64,000 nucleotides of DNA from the human T2T-CHM13v2.0 reference genome, Homo sapiens. Location of the stretch: assembly GCF_009914755.1 (NCBI RefSeq), contig NC_060927.1, one strand, 5' to 3'. The position numbers and the translations under genes are program-made. Under the pieces are notes generated by a model. It was not told the origin of the DNA. It saw only the letters and a list, made by a program, of their open reading frames with translations, and ran no database searches. Each line of letters starts with the position of its first letter. The first letter of the stretch is position 1. Of the stretch, positions 1-16,340 are shown one piece after another.

Positions 1-126
1 CCTTGCTCCTCAGCCTGCAGACGGCCTATTGAGGGACCTTGTGATCATGTGAGGTAATACTTAATAAACTCTCCTTTATATATATCTATTCCATTAGTTC
101 TGTCCCTCTAGAGAACTCTAATACAC
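1..126 (+). mobile_element. 3' end of ERVL LTR (MLT2A-like)
   Basis: CCTTGCTCCTCAGCCTGCAGACGGCCTATT...AATAAACTC...TTCTGTCCCTCTAGAGAAC..TAATACA. Confidence 0.75.
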
Positions 127-2603
127 ACAGTAAGTCCTCCATTTTAAAATCTTTTTCTTGAAAATTTCATATATTGTATGTCCTTTAAATTTCCAAATAA
201 AGTTTGAAATCAGTTGTCAATTTTTACAAAAACATCTGCTTAGATTTTTGAGAGAGATTGTGTTGAATCATTTAGGCAGAAATGCCATCTTAAAAATATT
301 GAATTATCCAACCATTGAACATGGTATATCTCTCCATTTAATAGGTTTCATTTAATTTCTCTCAGCAATATTTTGTAATCCCCAGTGTACAGGTCTTGTG
401 CTTCTTTATTTTTACTGTTTATTCCTAAGTATTTTATACTTTTTGATACTATTGTACATGAATTATTTTCTTAAATTTTATTTTCACTGTTCATAGCTAA
501 CTTTAAAAGTTCAAAGCTAACTTAAAAAGATGTTTAGATCTTTCCCATTTTTAAATTAGTTGCTTTCTTATGGTTGAGTTTTTAAAATATTTAAATAGTC
601 CTTTGTCCAGTATGTCTTTTGCAAATATTTTCTCCCAGTCTGTGGTTTGCCTTCTCATTCTTATGATCCACAGAGTATTTTAAAACTTGCTGTTTTACTT
701 TCACATATCAGGGAGTTTCCTAGATTTCCTTTTTTTGGTGATTTCTACTTTAATTCTGTTGTGGTTAGAGATTATACTTTATTTTTAATGATATCTTTGT
801 TAAGATATCTTTATATATAAATATATTATATATAAATAAATTATATATCTTTATATATCATATCATTTATATATCATAAGTGTACATTTCAGCTCTTAGG
901 ATATTCACAAAGTTGTGCATCACTTCAAAAAGAAACCCTATATTCATTAGCAGTCACTCTCCCAGCTGGTGGCAACTACTAAATCTACTTTCTGTCCCTA
1001 CGGATGTACCTGTTCTGGATATTTCATATGAATGACATCTTTTGCTTAATGGATATCTGCATATCTTTATTAGATATATGTCTGTTCAAATTGTTTTCTT
1101 AGTTTTTAATTGGTTATCTGATTTTTTTATTGATGAATTGTGTGTGTATGTTTTTTTTTTAACTTTTCTGATGGTATCCTTTGAAGAATAAAAGTTTAAA
1201 ATTTTGATGGAGTCCATTTGATCTTCTTTTTTCTTCTTTTGGTCATTTGCATATTGGTGTCATAGCTAAGAAGCCATTGCTTAATTTGGAGAATGTGCTT
1301 TGTATGATTTTATGCCTTTTTAATGTATTAAGAGGGTCCATGGCTCAGCATAGGGTCTAAAATGGAAATGTTCTATGTACTCTTGAAATAATATACATTC
1401 TGCTGTTTTAGGGAAATGTTCTATAAATTTCAGTTTGGTCATATTGTTTCATAGTGTTGTTTAAATATTACATATCGCTACTGGTTTTCTATCAATTTCT
1501 GGCAAGAGAGTATTAAGATTTCTAACAATTGCTCCATTATCTTTTTCTGTGTCAGTTTTTGCTTTGTATATTTTCAGGCTCTGTTGTTAGGTGCATATAC
1601 ATTTATAATTGCTATGTATTCCTTCTGCTATTAGTTTATCCATTCTACCTCTCTCATGGTTACTGATTACATGGCACTTTTTCCAACCCTTTATTTTCAA
1701 TATGCTTGTTTTTCTTAATTTAAATAGTCTTTTTTGGACAGTGTACTATTGGATCTTGCTTTTTATCTACTTTGACAGTTTTTGCCTTTTGATTGAAGTG
1801 TTTAGTTCACTCACATGTAATGTAATTTTTGGTATGACAGATTTATGTTTTTTATTTTGCCATTTGCTTTCTGTATTTCTCATGTCTCTTTGTTGTTGTT
1901 CCTCTGTTCCTCCTTTGCTGTTTTCTTTGTGTTAAAAAAGTATACCTTTCTATTTCCTCTGTGTTTTTTAACTATTTAAGAATTTTTTCTTTTAGAGATA
2001 ATAGTATTTATCTTTAGTGTATTACAATCTATTTCAAGTTGATATCGACTTAAAACGTAACAACTTTGCTTTCCCATTTTCTTTGTGCTATTATTTTCAC
2101 ATATATTACATCTAAATATGTTATAAACACAATAATGCAGTATTATAATTATTCCTTTAAATAATCTTACATTCTTAGAAATGCAAGAAAAAATATTCAT
2201 ATATAGTCTTTTATATTTATCCACATAATTACTATTTCTGTGCCTCTTCATTTTTTCTTGTGGATTCCAGTTACCGTTTCCTTTCAGCTTTAGCATTCTC
2301 AGTATGGCAAGTCTACTATCTGAAAATTCTGTTAGTATTTATCTGGGAAAATTTTTATTTCACCTTCACTTTTTGAACTTTAATGAGATAGAATTCACAT
2401 ACCATATAATTCACCCATTTAAAATATATAATTTGTTGGTTTTTCATATATCTATAGGTATGTAAATGATCACCACAGTCAATTTTAAAACATTTTTATC
2501 ACCTTATAAAGAACCCTCATACCCTTTGCTCTTTTTTGTCACTGTTTTAAGGTAGAAAGTCATGTTACTGATTTGAGATCTTTCTTCTTTCTATTTTTAA
2601 AAC

Positions 2604-2731
2604 ATTTTTATTTTTGAAATGGGGTCTTTCAGTGTTGCGCAGGCTGGTCTTGAACTACTGGCCTCAAGCAGTCTTCCCACCTCAGCCTCCAAAAGCATTG
2701 GGATTATAGCCATGAGCCACTGTGCCTGGCC
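2604..2731 (-). mobile_element. Alu monomer (FLAM-like)
   Basis: Left-arm Alu sequence with T tail. Confidence 0.8.
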
Positions 2732-3332
2732 TCTTCTTTCTTAATATAGGTATTTATATCTATAAATTTTCCTCTAAGCACTGCTTTAGCTGAACCCCAT
2801 AATTTGTTATATGTTGCGTCTTCATTTTCTTTCATCTCAGTTTTTTATTTTCCTTCTGATTTATTAAACCCATCAATTATTTAAGAGTGTGTTGTTAATT
2901 TCCACATATTTGTGGGTTTTTTAAATAACTTTCTTGTTATTGATTTCTAATTTATTCCATTGTGGTTGGAGAACATACTTCGTGTTATTTCTGTCCTTTT
3001 AAATTTATTGACTTTTTTTCCCTTATGGCATAGCATATGGTCTAATCTGGAGAATGTTTTATGTAGACTTGAGAAGAGTATATAATCTGCCTTTGTTTGA
3101 TAGAGTGTTCTGTAGATGTCTGTTACGTCTAGTTCATTTATAATGTTGTTTAAGTCTTCTATTTCCTTGTTGATCTTTTGCCTCATTGTTCTCTCCATTA
3201 TTGAAGGTAGGATATTAAAGTCTTCAACTGTTGTTGTTCATTATCTGTTTCTCCATTTCTGTCTGTTTTTTCTTCATGTATTTTGGTGCTCTGTTGTTAG
3301 TTGTATATATATTTATAGATGTTGTATGTTCC

Positions 3333-3635
3333 TTTTTTTTTTTTTTTTTTTTTTGAGACAGAGTCTCACTCTGTCACCCAGGCTGGAATGCAGTGGTGCA
3401 ATCTTGGCTACTGTAACCTCTGCCTCCTGGGTTCAAGTGATTCTTTTGCCTCAGCCTCCTGAGTTACTGGGACTACAGGCATGCACCACCACGTCTGGCT
3501 AATTTTTGTCTTTTTAGTAGAGATGGGGTTTCACTATGTTGGCCAGGCTGGTCTTGAACTCCTGACCTCAAGTAATCCGCCCGCCTCAGCCTCCCAAATT
3601 GCTAGGAATACAGGCGTGAGCCGCTGTGCCCAGCC
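3333..3635 (-). mobile_element. AluS
   Basis: Full dimer, poly(T), degenerate TSD TATA(G/C)ATGTT(G/A)TAT. Confidence 0.92.
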
Positions 3636-4049
3636 ATATACATGTTATATCTTCCTGATGGATTGACCCTGTTATTCTTAGAAGGTATTCCTCTTTAGTA
3701 ACTTTTTAAAGTCTGATATTACCATAGCCACTAAAATTTTCCTGTTGTTGCTGTTTGCAGTATACATCTTTTTCCAGCTTTTAATTTTAATCTATTTGTG
3801 TCCTTCAATCTAAAGTCTGTCTTCTGTAGACAACATATAATTGAATTTTTAAAAAATCTAGTCTGACAGCTGCTGCCTTTTGATTGGATTAAGCTGTTCA
3901 CATTTAATGTTATTGATAGTTGGATTTATGCCTTCCATTTTACTTGTTGTTTTCTGTGTCTGCTTTTTGTTTCTTATGTGTTTCATGTCTTTTTTGTTTC
4001 TCTGTTTCTTCATTAGTGCTGTCTTTTGCATTGAGTATATTTTCTAATA

Positions 4050-4467
4050 TGATTTATAAGACTGTTTGCATTGTTAGAATACCTGAGGCTACATAGTTTA
4101 TAAAGAAAAGAGGTTTATTTGGCTTATTGTTCTGCAGGTTGTACAAGAAACATAGTGCCAGCATCTGCTTCTGTTAAGGACCTTAGGAAGCCTCCAATCA
4201 TGGCAGAAGGCTAAGGGAGAGCAAAGATGTCACATAGTAAGGGAAAAAGAGCAAGAGAGAGAGAAGGTGGTGCCAGGTTCTTTTTAAAAATCAGATATTG
4301 TGGGAATGAATACAGCAAGAACTCACTTATTACTGCAAGGATGGCACCAAGCTGATCATGAGGGATCCACCTCCATGACCCAAACATCTCCAACAAGGCC
4401 CCACCTCCAACATTGAGGATCAAATTTCAACATGAGGTTTGGAGGGAACAAATTCCAAACTATATCA
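4050..4467 (-). mobile_element. MaLR LTR (MST-like)
   Basis: TTTATAAAGAAAAGAGGTTTATTTGGCT...CAATCATGGCAGAAGG...CAAACTATATCA. Confidence 0.8.
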
Positions 4468-4576
4468 TGTAGCATTTTTATTAATTATTTTTTCACTGAA
4501 TTTTTTGAGTTCTTTTTTTGACTGGTTTCTCTAGGACTTGTCATATATATTGTAACTTGTCAAAGTCAGTGTCAGA

Positions 4577-4712
4577 TTTTTTGTTTGTTTGTTTGGTAGA
4601 GATGGGGTTTTGCCACGTTGCCCAGGCTGGTCTCGAACTCCTGGACTCAAGCAGTCCCCCCGCCAGCCTTCCAAAGTGCTAGGATTACAGGCGTGAGCCA
4701 CTGTGCCCAGCA
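4577..4712 (-). mobile_element. Alu monomer (FLAM-like)
   Basis: Left-arm Alu sequence. Confidence 0.75.
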
Positions 4713-5688
4713 GCTTGAGATTTATACCAGCTTAATGCCAATAACATATGAAAATGTTACTCCTATACATCTGTATTTCCTTTCTCGTAATGATATTTTT
4801 GTTATACATATTCTATCTATTAATATTACTAACCCAAGAAAATATTGTTATAATTATTACTTTACCATCTCTAGGCATTTCCTTAACTCATTACAACTTT
4901 GGCCCCACCTACCTACTATATGCTGTTATTGGAAAATATTTACACCAAATGTAAATAGAAATATATTACATTTCTATGTTATAGGCCAAACATTACTTTC
5001 TATTCTATAAATATTATTCTATATAATTGCTTTTTAAATCACTTGCTTTCAGCCTGATGAACTTGCTTTTATATTTATTGTAAGGCAGTTCTGGTAGCAA
5101 TATATTTTGTGAGTTTTTGTTTATCTAGTGAAGTTTTTATTTTTCCTTTATTTTTGAACATTCACTTTGCTGGATTTAGGATTTATGATTAACAATTTTT
5201 AAATTTCTTTGAGTACTTTGAGTATGTTCTCTCACTGCCTTCTGGCATCTGTTTCTACTGAGAAGTCAGCTGTTAATATTATTTGGGTTCCCTTGTAAGT
5301 GACCTGATATTTTTCTCTTGTTGCTTCCGAGATTTTGTCTTTGACTTTCAGCATTTTTACTATGATGTTTCTGTTTGTGGGTCTCTTTGCATTTATCCTA
5401 CTTGGAGTTTTTTTAGCTTCCTGGATGTGTTGGTTGTTTTTCAAGAAATTTGGGAAGTTGTTAGCTATTATTTCTTTGAATATTTTTCTTTTCCTTTTTC
5501 TTTTCTTCTTACAGTACTTCCATTATGAGTATGTTGGTATGCTTAATGGTGTTCCGCATCTCTCTTAGGCTCTGTTCATTTTTCTTAATTATTTCTTCTC
5601 TTTGTTCTTCAGCTTGCATAATCTGTATTGATATATCTTCAAGTTTGCTAATTCTTTCTTCTGCCATTTCACAGCTACTGTTGAGCCC

Positions 5689-6394
<706 letters not shown>

Positions 6395-6460
6395 AGCCTC
6401 TCTAGTGAATTTCTAATTTCAGTCATTGTACTTTTTAATTCCATAATTTCCATTATAGTC

Positions 6461-6792
6461 TTTTTTTTTGAGATGGAGTCTCGCTGTGTTGCCCATGCTG
6501 GAGTGCAGTAGCGCAATCTCAGCTCACTGCAACCTTCACCTCCTGGGTTCAAGCAATTCTCCTGCCCCAGGAAAAAAAATCTGTGTGCAGAATAACCAGA
6601 TGTCAGATTTAAGAGAAAAAGATTTCAAACTAGCCATTATAAATATGCTCACAGTACTAAAAGGACAGCATGATTGCGGAAGTAAAGCAGGGTAAGAGGA
6701 CAATGTCATGTCAAATAGAGAATATCCATAAAGGGAGAAATAATGAAAAGGAATACAGGCCGGATGCAGTGGCTTATGCCTGTATCCCAGCA
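6461..6792. mobile_element. Rearranged Alu: minus-strand tail half (6461-6566) and plus-strand head (6758-6792)
   Basis: T9-GAGATGGAGTCTCG...CAATTCTCCTGCC, then L1 in the opposite orientation, then GGCCGGATGCAGTGGCTTATGCCTGTATCCCAGCA. Confidence 0.8.
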
Positions 6793-8508
6793 TCCTGACA
6801 TCTGGTCACTCTGCAGGCAGTTTTTTTTTTTTTTTCCTTTAGGGGGTATGGGTCATACTTTTCCCATTTCTTTGCATGTCCCTTAATTTTTTGGTTGGAA
6901 ACTGGGCATTCTAGATAATATGGTAGCAAACTCTGTGTGCTAGTCCCCACCCACCCTCTTTCCTGGGGCTTGTTATTGTTATTTATTTGTTTAGTTTTTT
7001 AGTAATGGATTGGATTATTTTAATGAAGTCTATCCCCGCCCCCCTCTCCCCCATAGTGGTAAACCTCTAATGTTGCTCCTCAGGGAGGCACCTTTTCCTT
7101 GAACATCTAGTATTTGTTTGTTTGAAAACTGGACAGTTTTGTATGTATTATAGCAACTCTGCATACTTTTTTCCTGTTTTGTTGTTTTTTATATTTTTTA
7201 CATTACTTGCCTAGCCTACAGAATTTGTCTCCTTGTGTTGTACATTTATTGATGTCTGTGCTTTGTTTGTGTTTTAGTCTCATTTTCATTGTTTAGGTTT
7301 GATTCCTAAGGACTCTTTTTAGTGTCTACATATGTCAGCCAAAGATTTGGGCTGAGGTTCTGCTAATGCACCTTCAGCCCATAAAGTTTGTACTATCTGC
7401 TAATCAATCTGTGGGTTAGTTGGGGAATGCATTTGAAGTTGTGGGCATTTATTAATTTTTCCTTGGTCTTTTCTTTTTACCAACTCTCTGATGTTCCCCA
7501 CACATATGTAATTTTCTAGTCAGCCAGGAATTTGTGGAGAACTTATGTGAATCCATTTATGGCTTTCTTATTTCCAAGCTCTCCCTGTTAAGTTTCTGGT
7601 TGGTCCACTGCTTGCCTCAACTTGGTTTGCAACCTCAGTCTTGCAAAACTGCAAGTTTTCTCTATCCATGTCCACCAAGTCCATTACTTTCAGCCAGTAG
7701 AGCTATAGGCTTTTGCCTCTCATTGAATTGATTTTGGCACCCTGGCATGAAACTACAAGTATACCAGCTACAGGATGGCAAAACTACAAACCTCATTGAC
7801 TGAACTGGGGGCAGGGGTGATGGAGGCAGTTCTAGGCAAGGCTATTCCTGCCTGAAGCACTGGCAGTTTTTCAACAATCAACAATTCTCAATAAACAGTT
7901 TCCAGTGGCCTGAAATGGTTGGTCTTTTTGGATAATTTTGTTCAGTTTTATGTATTTTTTTTTTGTGGAGGGGAATTACTGACCTCTTCATACTGTTATT
8001 ATTTTAATGGTGTTTTGAGTACCAAAATTGATAGATCTTATGAAAGAAGTGGCTTCATTATTCGTCAGATTATATCAAATGCTTTCCACACAATGGTGCT
8101 TCATTATAAGTCTAATACAAATGGTTACCAATCTTTTCATTCCACCATTATTGGAAGTTACTCTTGCTGTGCATTTTGTGATTAATCCTTACTATATCTT
8201 GAGACATGATAAAGTAGGTTAATACAAAAGCCTATTTTTGAAACAGTGTGATAAAATTAATTAATGTAGACATTGTTGGAAATGGATAAGTTGCACAATT
8301 ACATATTATTTTTTTCTCAGTTTTTTGACAGTGTAGTATAGGTAAATATGTCTTCAGAAATCCTTAATATACTTATTAATTAACTAGATCATAACTGAAT
8401 TTCATAAATATTGTTTTCTTAAAAATGCATTATATGGGATTACTTTTGTATCTAAGTAAGACATTAAACCTATAAGCTAAATAAGGACTATATCAATAAA
8501 CTTGTTTA

Positions 8509-8875
<367 letters not shown>

Positions 8876-9860
8876 TCACTTTTGATTGGACAGTAGGCTA
8901 ATTTCTTTGATATGTAGAAATCTTACAAATTGACTAAAAGCAGGATAAATAATCATTACAAAAAATGGGCCAAAGAATATGAACAGGCAAGTTACAGAGG
9001 AAGAAGTATAAATGAATATTAAACATGAAAAGATGCTCAGGCATCTAAAGAAATTCATTTTAAACCACCTATAAAATCCTATTTTCTGTTAGATTGAAAT
9101 AGTAATACCCAGTATTAATGAAGCTGATGGAGAAAATGAGCTCTCCTTGTTATTATTGCTTTGGAAACATCTATCAGAATTTAAAATACAAATGCCATAT
9201 TCCCTAGAAATTGAAAGTACACAAAAGATATGCAAACTGAAGAATATTCATTGCTGCATTTTTTATAGCAGAAAAAAATTAGAAGCCACCTAAATGTTCA
9301 TTAATGGAGAGCTTATAGACCTCCGTCCAGTTGTATGAGATGAATCTGTATATGGTAACACAGAAAGAGATTCATGATATGTTACACTTTTTAAAAAGCA
9401 AGCTGTTCCTTTATTATGTCTGATTATGTTCGTGTGTGAGTAGAAAATATCAGGGAGGACATGCACAATTCTCTGTAAAATGACGAGTTTTGAGGATTGC
9501 AGTTGGGAGGTGATGGGAGGACATGGATGAGGGAGTATCATGTTTCCAAATTGCTTACCTTATGTTTTATAATAAGCATGTATTTAAATTTATATTAAAA
9601 GAAAAATATAATATCTACTAAATTTGTAAATTAAGAATTATATTAATAAATGAACTATAGCAAATTTTTCTGGTTTGTTTTCTATTTAGGTATGGAAATT
9701 TGAATATTAATTTATAGATGGCAAAGGGAGTGCTTTTTTACATTACAGACTGTGCATAAGTAAATGATTTCACTCTTAAGATTTGAAACATCTTTCAAAC
9801 TCATAACCTGAATGAATGAAAAATGTATTATATATATTGAGCATATTAAAATATTTTTAT

Positions 9861-10218
<358 letters not shown>

Positions 10219-10269
10219 TTAAAAATTTATGTTATTAGCATATTTTATTTAAAATTATGTTGGGTTCAA

Positions 10270-10553
10270 ACCAGGCACAGTGGCTCACACCTGTAATCCC
10301 AGCACTTTGGGAGGCCAAGATGGGAGGATAACTTGAGGCCAGGAGCTTAAGACTAGCTGGGCCACATAGCATGACCCTGTCTCTATAAAAATTTTAAAAA
10401 TTAGCCTGGTGTAGTGGCATGCACCTGTAATCACAAGGCTGAAGTGGGAGGATCCCTTGGCCCAGGTGTTCGAGACTAAGGCAAGCTGTGATCACTCCAC
10501 TGCACTCTGGCCTGGGTGACAGAGCGAGACCCTGTCTTTTAAGTTAAAAAAAA
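10270..10553 (+). mobile_element. AluJ
   Basis: Diverged dimer ending GAGACCCTGTCT. Confidence 0.85.
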
Positions 10554-10784
10554 GTTGGTCCAGAAATATGAATTTAATTAAACTGGATTAAACAAAAATC
10601 TTTATATTATACCAAAGGCATTTTGAATCTATGAAAAGAGACAGTAAAAAAATTTTCTAAAAAGCAATAGATAGCAAGGTTTTTCAATATTTATATCTCA
10701 AAATATTTGTTTTAAGTCTTTTTATGGAGGTTATCTTGTAATAAATATATCTGTAGTTTTTCTTTTAATTTTATAATATTTTAA

Positions 10785-11009
<225 letters not shown>

Positions 11010-13062
11010 TGAATGCAAATTATATAATGTATTTTGTTTTAAATCTTCAACCTCAGTTTCTTCATTACCCAAATTATAATTTGTATATATTTACATTTGA
11101 TCCAAGAACACTACACCTTGTTGCCACTTACTTGGCAACAGACCCCTGCTCTCCCTCAAAGGAACAGACCCTGGTGCTACTTAAGTCATTCCTTCCCCAT
11201 CTGCCCTCTGCCACCCTATAAACACCTTTAATCTCTTCCCCACTTTTCAACCTAACCAAAGGCATTGTAGAGCAGTATGAAATACAGTAGGATTATAGCC
11301 TAAAGCAGGAGCAAATTTATTCATAGTTGCTCTCTCTCTCACACATATCTCCTCATTCTCTGACTCTATAATCATCCTTGAGTAATGATCCTTCAGATCT
11401 TTCAAAAGCATATGGAATGCTTTCTGTATGTCAAGGACATTCCACACACAGACATAGTCCCTTTTCACTATTTGCTCAGATTTTCTGGTAAGAGAAATAA
11501 TATATGTAATACATGTAAACATAAAAATAAAATACAACTAATTAAGAGGGATGAACACCCAGTCTGAGTTCTCTTCTGAAATGAAGATTAAATGTAATTT
11601 TGGCACTTGGCATACCAAAGAAGCACTCCTATTATTTTCCTTTAGGGGGGTAAGTTGAAAAAAAAAAAGACTTTGTAATAGCAGCCTATGAAACTACTAA
11701 TTTAAATATTGTTTTTAAAAAAATCCTTAGAAAACTACTTTTATTAATAGTAGAGTTGAGAGAAAGCGTTGAGATTTTCCTTTATGGAAAAGTATCCCTG
11801 TTGCCCTCTAAAGAAGGAGGAATTGATTACGATTTTTTACTAGCCCCTGTTGCAAGGTTTCTACTGGGGATCTATAACTATTCCTACCTTTTCTTTCCTA
11901 TACGGCTGCTATTAGAGCCCCATGTCTTGTGTGACACTCTTTCAGTGACTTGACAAAATTGGGAAAGTTCAAATTTCTACTTCCTGGAAGGGCAGTAAGA
12001 AACTTGGAGTTTTCTTTAGCTTTAACAGCAGTACTTAATGTGTTCTTCATAGACCTGAGTTCCAGAAACTGAAAAAAGACCTGTTTATATTTTCAAGTTT
12101 GGAACTACTGTCTTGTAACTTGGATAATTTAAATTTTGTTTAAACTTGATATGACATGAAGTATGTACTTTACTTTGATGAACACACAAAACATGGTTCA
12201 AATGTAACTTGTTGCTACTTTTAACTTTATTAGCACATGAGGCTGTTAAATTATTCTGTTTAAATATGAAAAACTTCCTATTGTAACCTCATAATTTGAG
12301 TCTGAGTTATATAAAATAAAACTTACTCAACTCCTTTCAAACAGGATTTGAAGAAACTGCTATGATTATATAATCATAAAATAATAAAGTTAGATTTGGA
12401 AGCGATCATAGAAACCCATTTACTTCAATCCAGTGTTTTATAGACAGGGGAGGAGATTTATAAAGGCTAGATTTTTACTAATAGCAGCATCTAATTAGGA
12501 ATAGAGTTAAAACTAAAAGTAGGAGCAAAGTTATAACTAGAATATATGACTCCTTGCTTCTGGTTTTCTATATTTCCATCTAAACTATACAGCCACTTAT
12601 TTGTCTTCAGTAATCTATTAGAAATGAATTAGATTAATAAGATGTATAAATTTCACCTTTGAATCTCGTAGTCCATCAAATGTTTATCCAAAGATGGAAT
12701 ATTTTTGTAATAATATATACTTCTGATAAACATTCCAGTCTGCAGTTAGATTCCTAAATCAAGAAGCAGGGAGTGCCGCATTTGTTAAATAAATCCAATT
12801 ACTTATTTTCAGGAGTTTTGACTACATAGAATGTATAAAGAATGATGAGAGAAATTAAGGCAAAGAAGTTTTTATTCTTAAGTTATGATTTTTATATAGC
12901 CAGTTCCTGGAAAGCCCCATTATATAGAAAGACTAACCAGTGGGAAATCTTCCTGTTTCCCCTTCCTTTCAGTTTGGGAAAAAACTGAATAAAAACATTA
13001 TTTTCTGAAGCCCAACCTCAAGACTATGACTCATAATTATTTATTTCTGACTTCATTCTTAA

Positions 13063-13386
<324 letters not shown>

Positions 13387-14055
13387 GTAATTGATATTTT
13401 TTAAAAGAATTATATACTAAAACTTCTTCATTTCTCACAAATTAGTTTAGGCCTGCCTTTAATAAGCAGTTCAAACCCAAGATTCAAGGAATAGGGATTC
13501 TGAAAGAGAGGTTTTTGTTAGGCGCATTTTAATATCTTTCTTTCTAATTTGAATTTCACTCAAATGAGCACTTTAAATATGAATCAAAATGCTATTTTAA
13601 TATTAGAAGTAACATAAACATATTGTAGATGACTATTGAAAAAGCTCTAGTTAAAAATTTTATGATAATGATTGGATAGCATTAAGATATTATGTCTATT
13701 GTTAAGGTGAGTAATATAAAAGGAAGTTTTAGCCAAGCTTACAGAGAATAAGGGAAAATGAGTTAAGCGAAGAACTGGTTGACAAATATTATTAGAATTT
13801 TTAGGAATAACATCAGTATATATAAATGAACACTGTGCTCATCTAAGATTATTAGTATGAACACAGGGAACATAATTGTGTTATGGTTTTCCCCAAAGCT
13901 GTGGAAAATTCGTGCATCACTAGTTTCCTTTGATTATCCACAGAAAATGACTTCAGATTTTGTGTAACACTGTCAGAATTAAAATGTTGCTGAGTAAAAA
14001 CGTTTTTAGTGAATATAGCTTAATTAGAAGATGGAAACGACGTTTCTGATAATAG

Positions 14056-14271
<216 letters not shown>

Positions 14272-15669
14272 TGAGGCTTTCTGTAATATATTTAAATTAT
14301 TTTCTCTACAGTAGTCTAGTGGCTCAGGGCAAAGGCTTTGGAGTAACTCATCTGGGTTAAGATCCTAGTTCTGCTTCCTAAAAATTGTGTGTCTTGGGAT
14401 AGTTATTGAATCTGTTTGAGCTTTTGTTTTAATAATTAATTAAGAATATATACTAAAAGGGTTTAGCACAGTAAGTATTAGCATTAAGCAAGTATGCAAT
14501 AAATGGTAGTTTTTATTATTTTTAGTAATATTGATTATAATTATAACATGGATGTTGATTTAATGTTTTTGCTAAATAGTTGCTACACAGGTAAGATCCT
14601 TTGTAGTAGGTACAAACTTTATAGTGAAGTTTCCATCTTGTGTTTTGTCTGTCACAGGTTGGTTTTCATTGATCTGGTTATAAATAGCCCCTTCTATAGT
14701 AATAGTGATTTCTATTTAAAAATAAAGTATCAGATACTATATTTCCTGATTCCTCTTATTTATAATTCATTGTGAAACTCAAAAGTGGAGAGGTACATGA
14801 TATGATAACTAAGTTGAATCTGACTTTTCTGGCATCATCCCTTTCTATTAAGAGATATGCCCATTTCTACTCCCCATGCATACATATACATATGATCCAG
14901 GAACTTGAATCAGGAAAATATGCATTTTAAATTTCATTTTTGAGATAATTAACTAAACAGTGATATTCATATGTAGATAATAATAATATCTAATTGATAG
15001 TATGGGATGTTGATAAATGGTATTTATTAGGTATTACTTCTAAGACTATTTTCATTGTTAACATAGATGTTTAAATAAAACTTGCTTATCAAATTTATAT
15101 TATTACAAAAATAGGGCCTGAAATATATAATGATAGAAGGCCAGATACAGGACCTTTGGTGCTAAGGGCAGAATTTTTTCTTACCTTGGTTAAAAATTTG
15201 AGCCTCACAAAGTTATTAGGAAATTGATGGAGGAATTGATGGAGGATGTTTATTGGTTAATATATTTGCTTCTGTGTTCCACAACCTAAAAGGGACATGA
15301 AGTCCTAGAAAATGATAGAATAAGGGGATTACATGGTATAAAATCAATTAAAGTGATTTAAAAAAAGAACCTCAAAGAAAGGCGTAAAGAACTAAAATTA
15401 TCCTGTTTAGGAAAAAAAATCTTAAGAGGTAATTTTCTAATGATAGCTATATCCCTGAAGGACTCACAGAGTGGAGTCCAAATGGAACCAAATGTACCAT
15501 TCTAAAGAAGATGAAAGAAAAGACAAGAAGTAGTAGTAATATTTGTTAGTTGAAAGGAAGATATTTTGCGATTTTAAAGATGAATGAAAATGTAAAGTAG
15601 TTTTTAAAACTAGATTTCTAAATACGATCAGTGGGGAAGATATTTTCTCAAATAGTTGGTAAGCTTTGT

Positions 15670-16340
15670 TTAGGTTATCAATCTTGAATAGCAAACTACT
15701 CTGAAACTTAGTGGCATAAAACACTTCATAGTTATTTTATAATAATTTCATAATCATTTTATTATGCTCTTGGATTCTTAGGTCAGGAATTAGGAAAGGG
15801 CATGGCAATCATGATTTTTCTCTGCTTCTCCGTGTCTGGGAACTCATCTGGAGATAAATGACAGGGCTATAATCAGCTGGGGGCTTCTCCACTCACATGT
15901 CTGGTGTCTGAGCAGCAGCTGAGGCCTCAGGAACAGGGTGCTCAGATGGGTGAGTCCACAGAAGGTGGGGCTCCTGAGAACTCACAACAGGAACCAAGGA
16001 GAGGCATGGCCATCACAATGGGCAGACTTTGAGGATGTGGTCTGAGAAGCCTCTGCGGGCTGGCTGGGGTACATACATGTGACCTCTGTGTGCAGCCTGG
16101 GCTTCCTCACAGCATGGTGGCTTCAGAGTGGCTTTTTACATGGTAGTTCATGGCTCCAAGAGCAGGTGTTCCAGTGAGCAAGGTGGAAGATGCGTAGCCT
16201 TTTAGGACCTACCTTCAGAAGTCACATAGCATCACCTCTGTTAGAATCTACTAGTTAAATCAATCACAAGCCTGTTGAATTGAAGAGTAGGAAATTTTGA
16301 CTTCCTCCTTCCCCACCTCTTGATGATGGGAAGAAAGCGT
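15670..16340. mobile_element. Old MaLR LTR (MLT1-like)
   Basis: AAACTTAGTGGCATAAAAC...GGTCAGGAATT...GGGCTTCCTCACAGCATGGTGGC motifs. Confidence 0.6.

Noticed and set aside
781-880. AT-rich palindrome (11-bp arms at 810-836)
   Set aside because: Low-complexity TA sequence, in which palindromes are expected
15219-15246. Short direct repeat AATTGATGGAGG x2 (similarly a 20-bp repeat at 48301-48339)
   Set aside because: Ordinary slippage duplications
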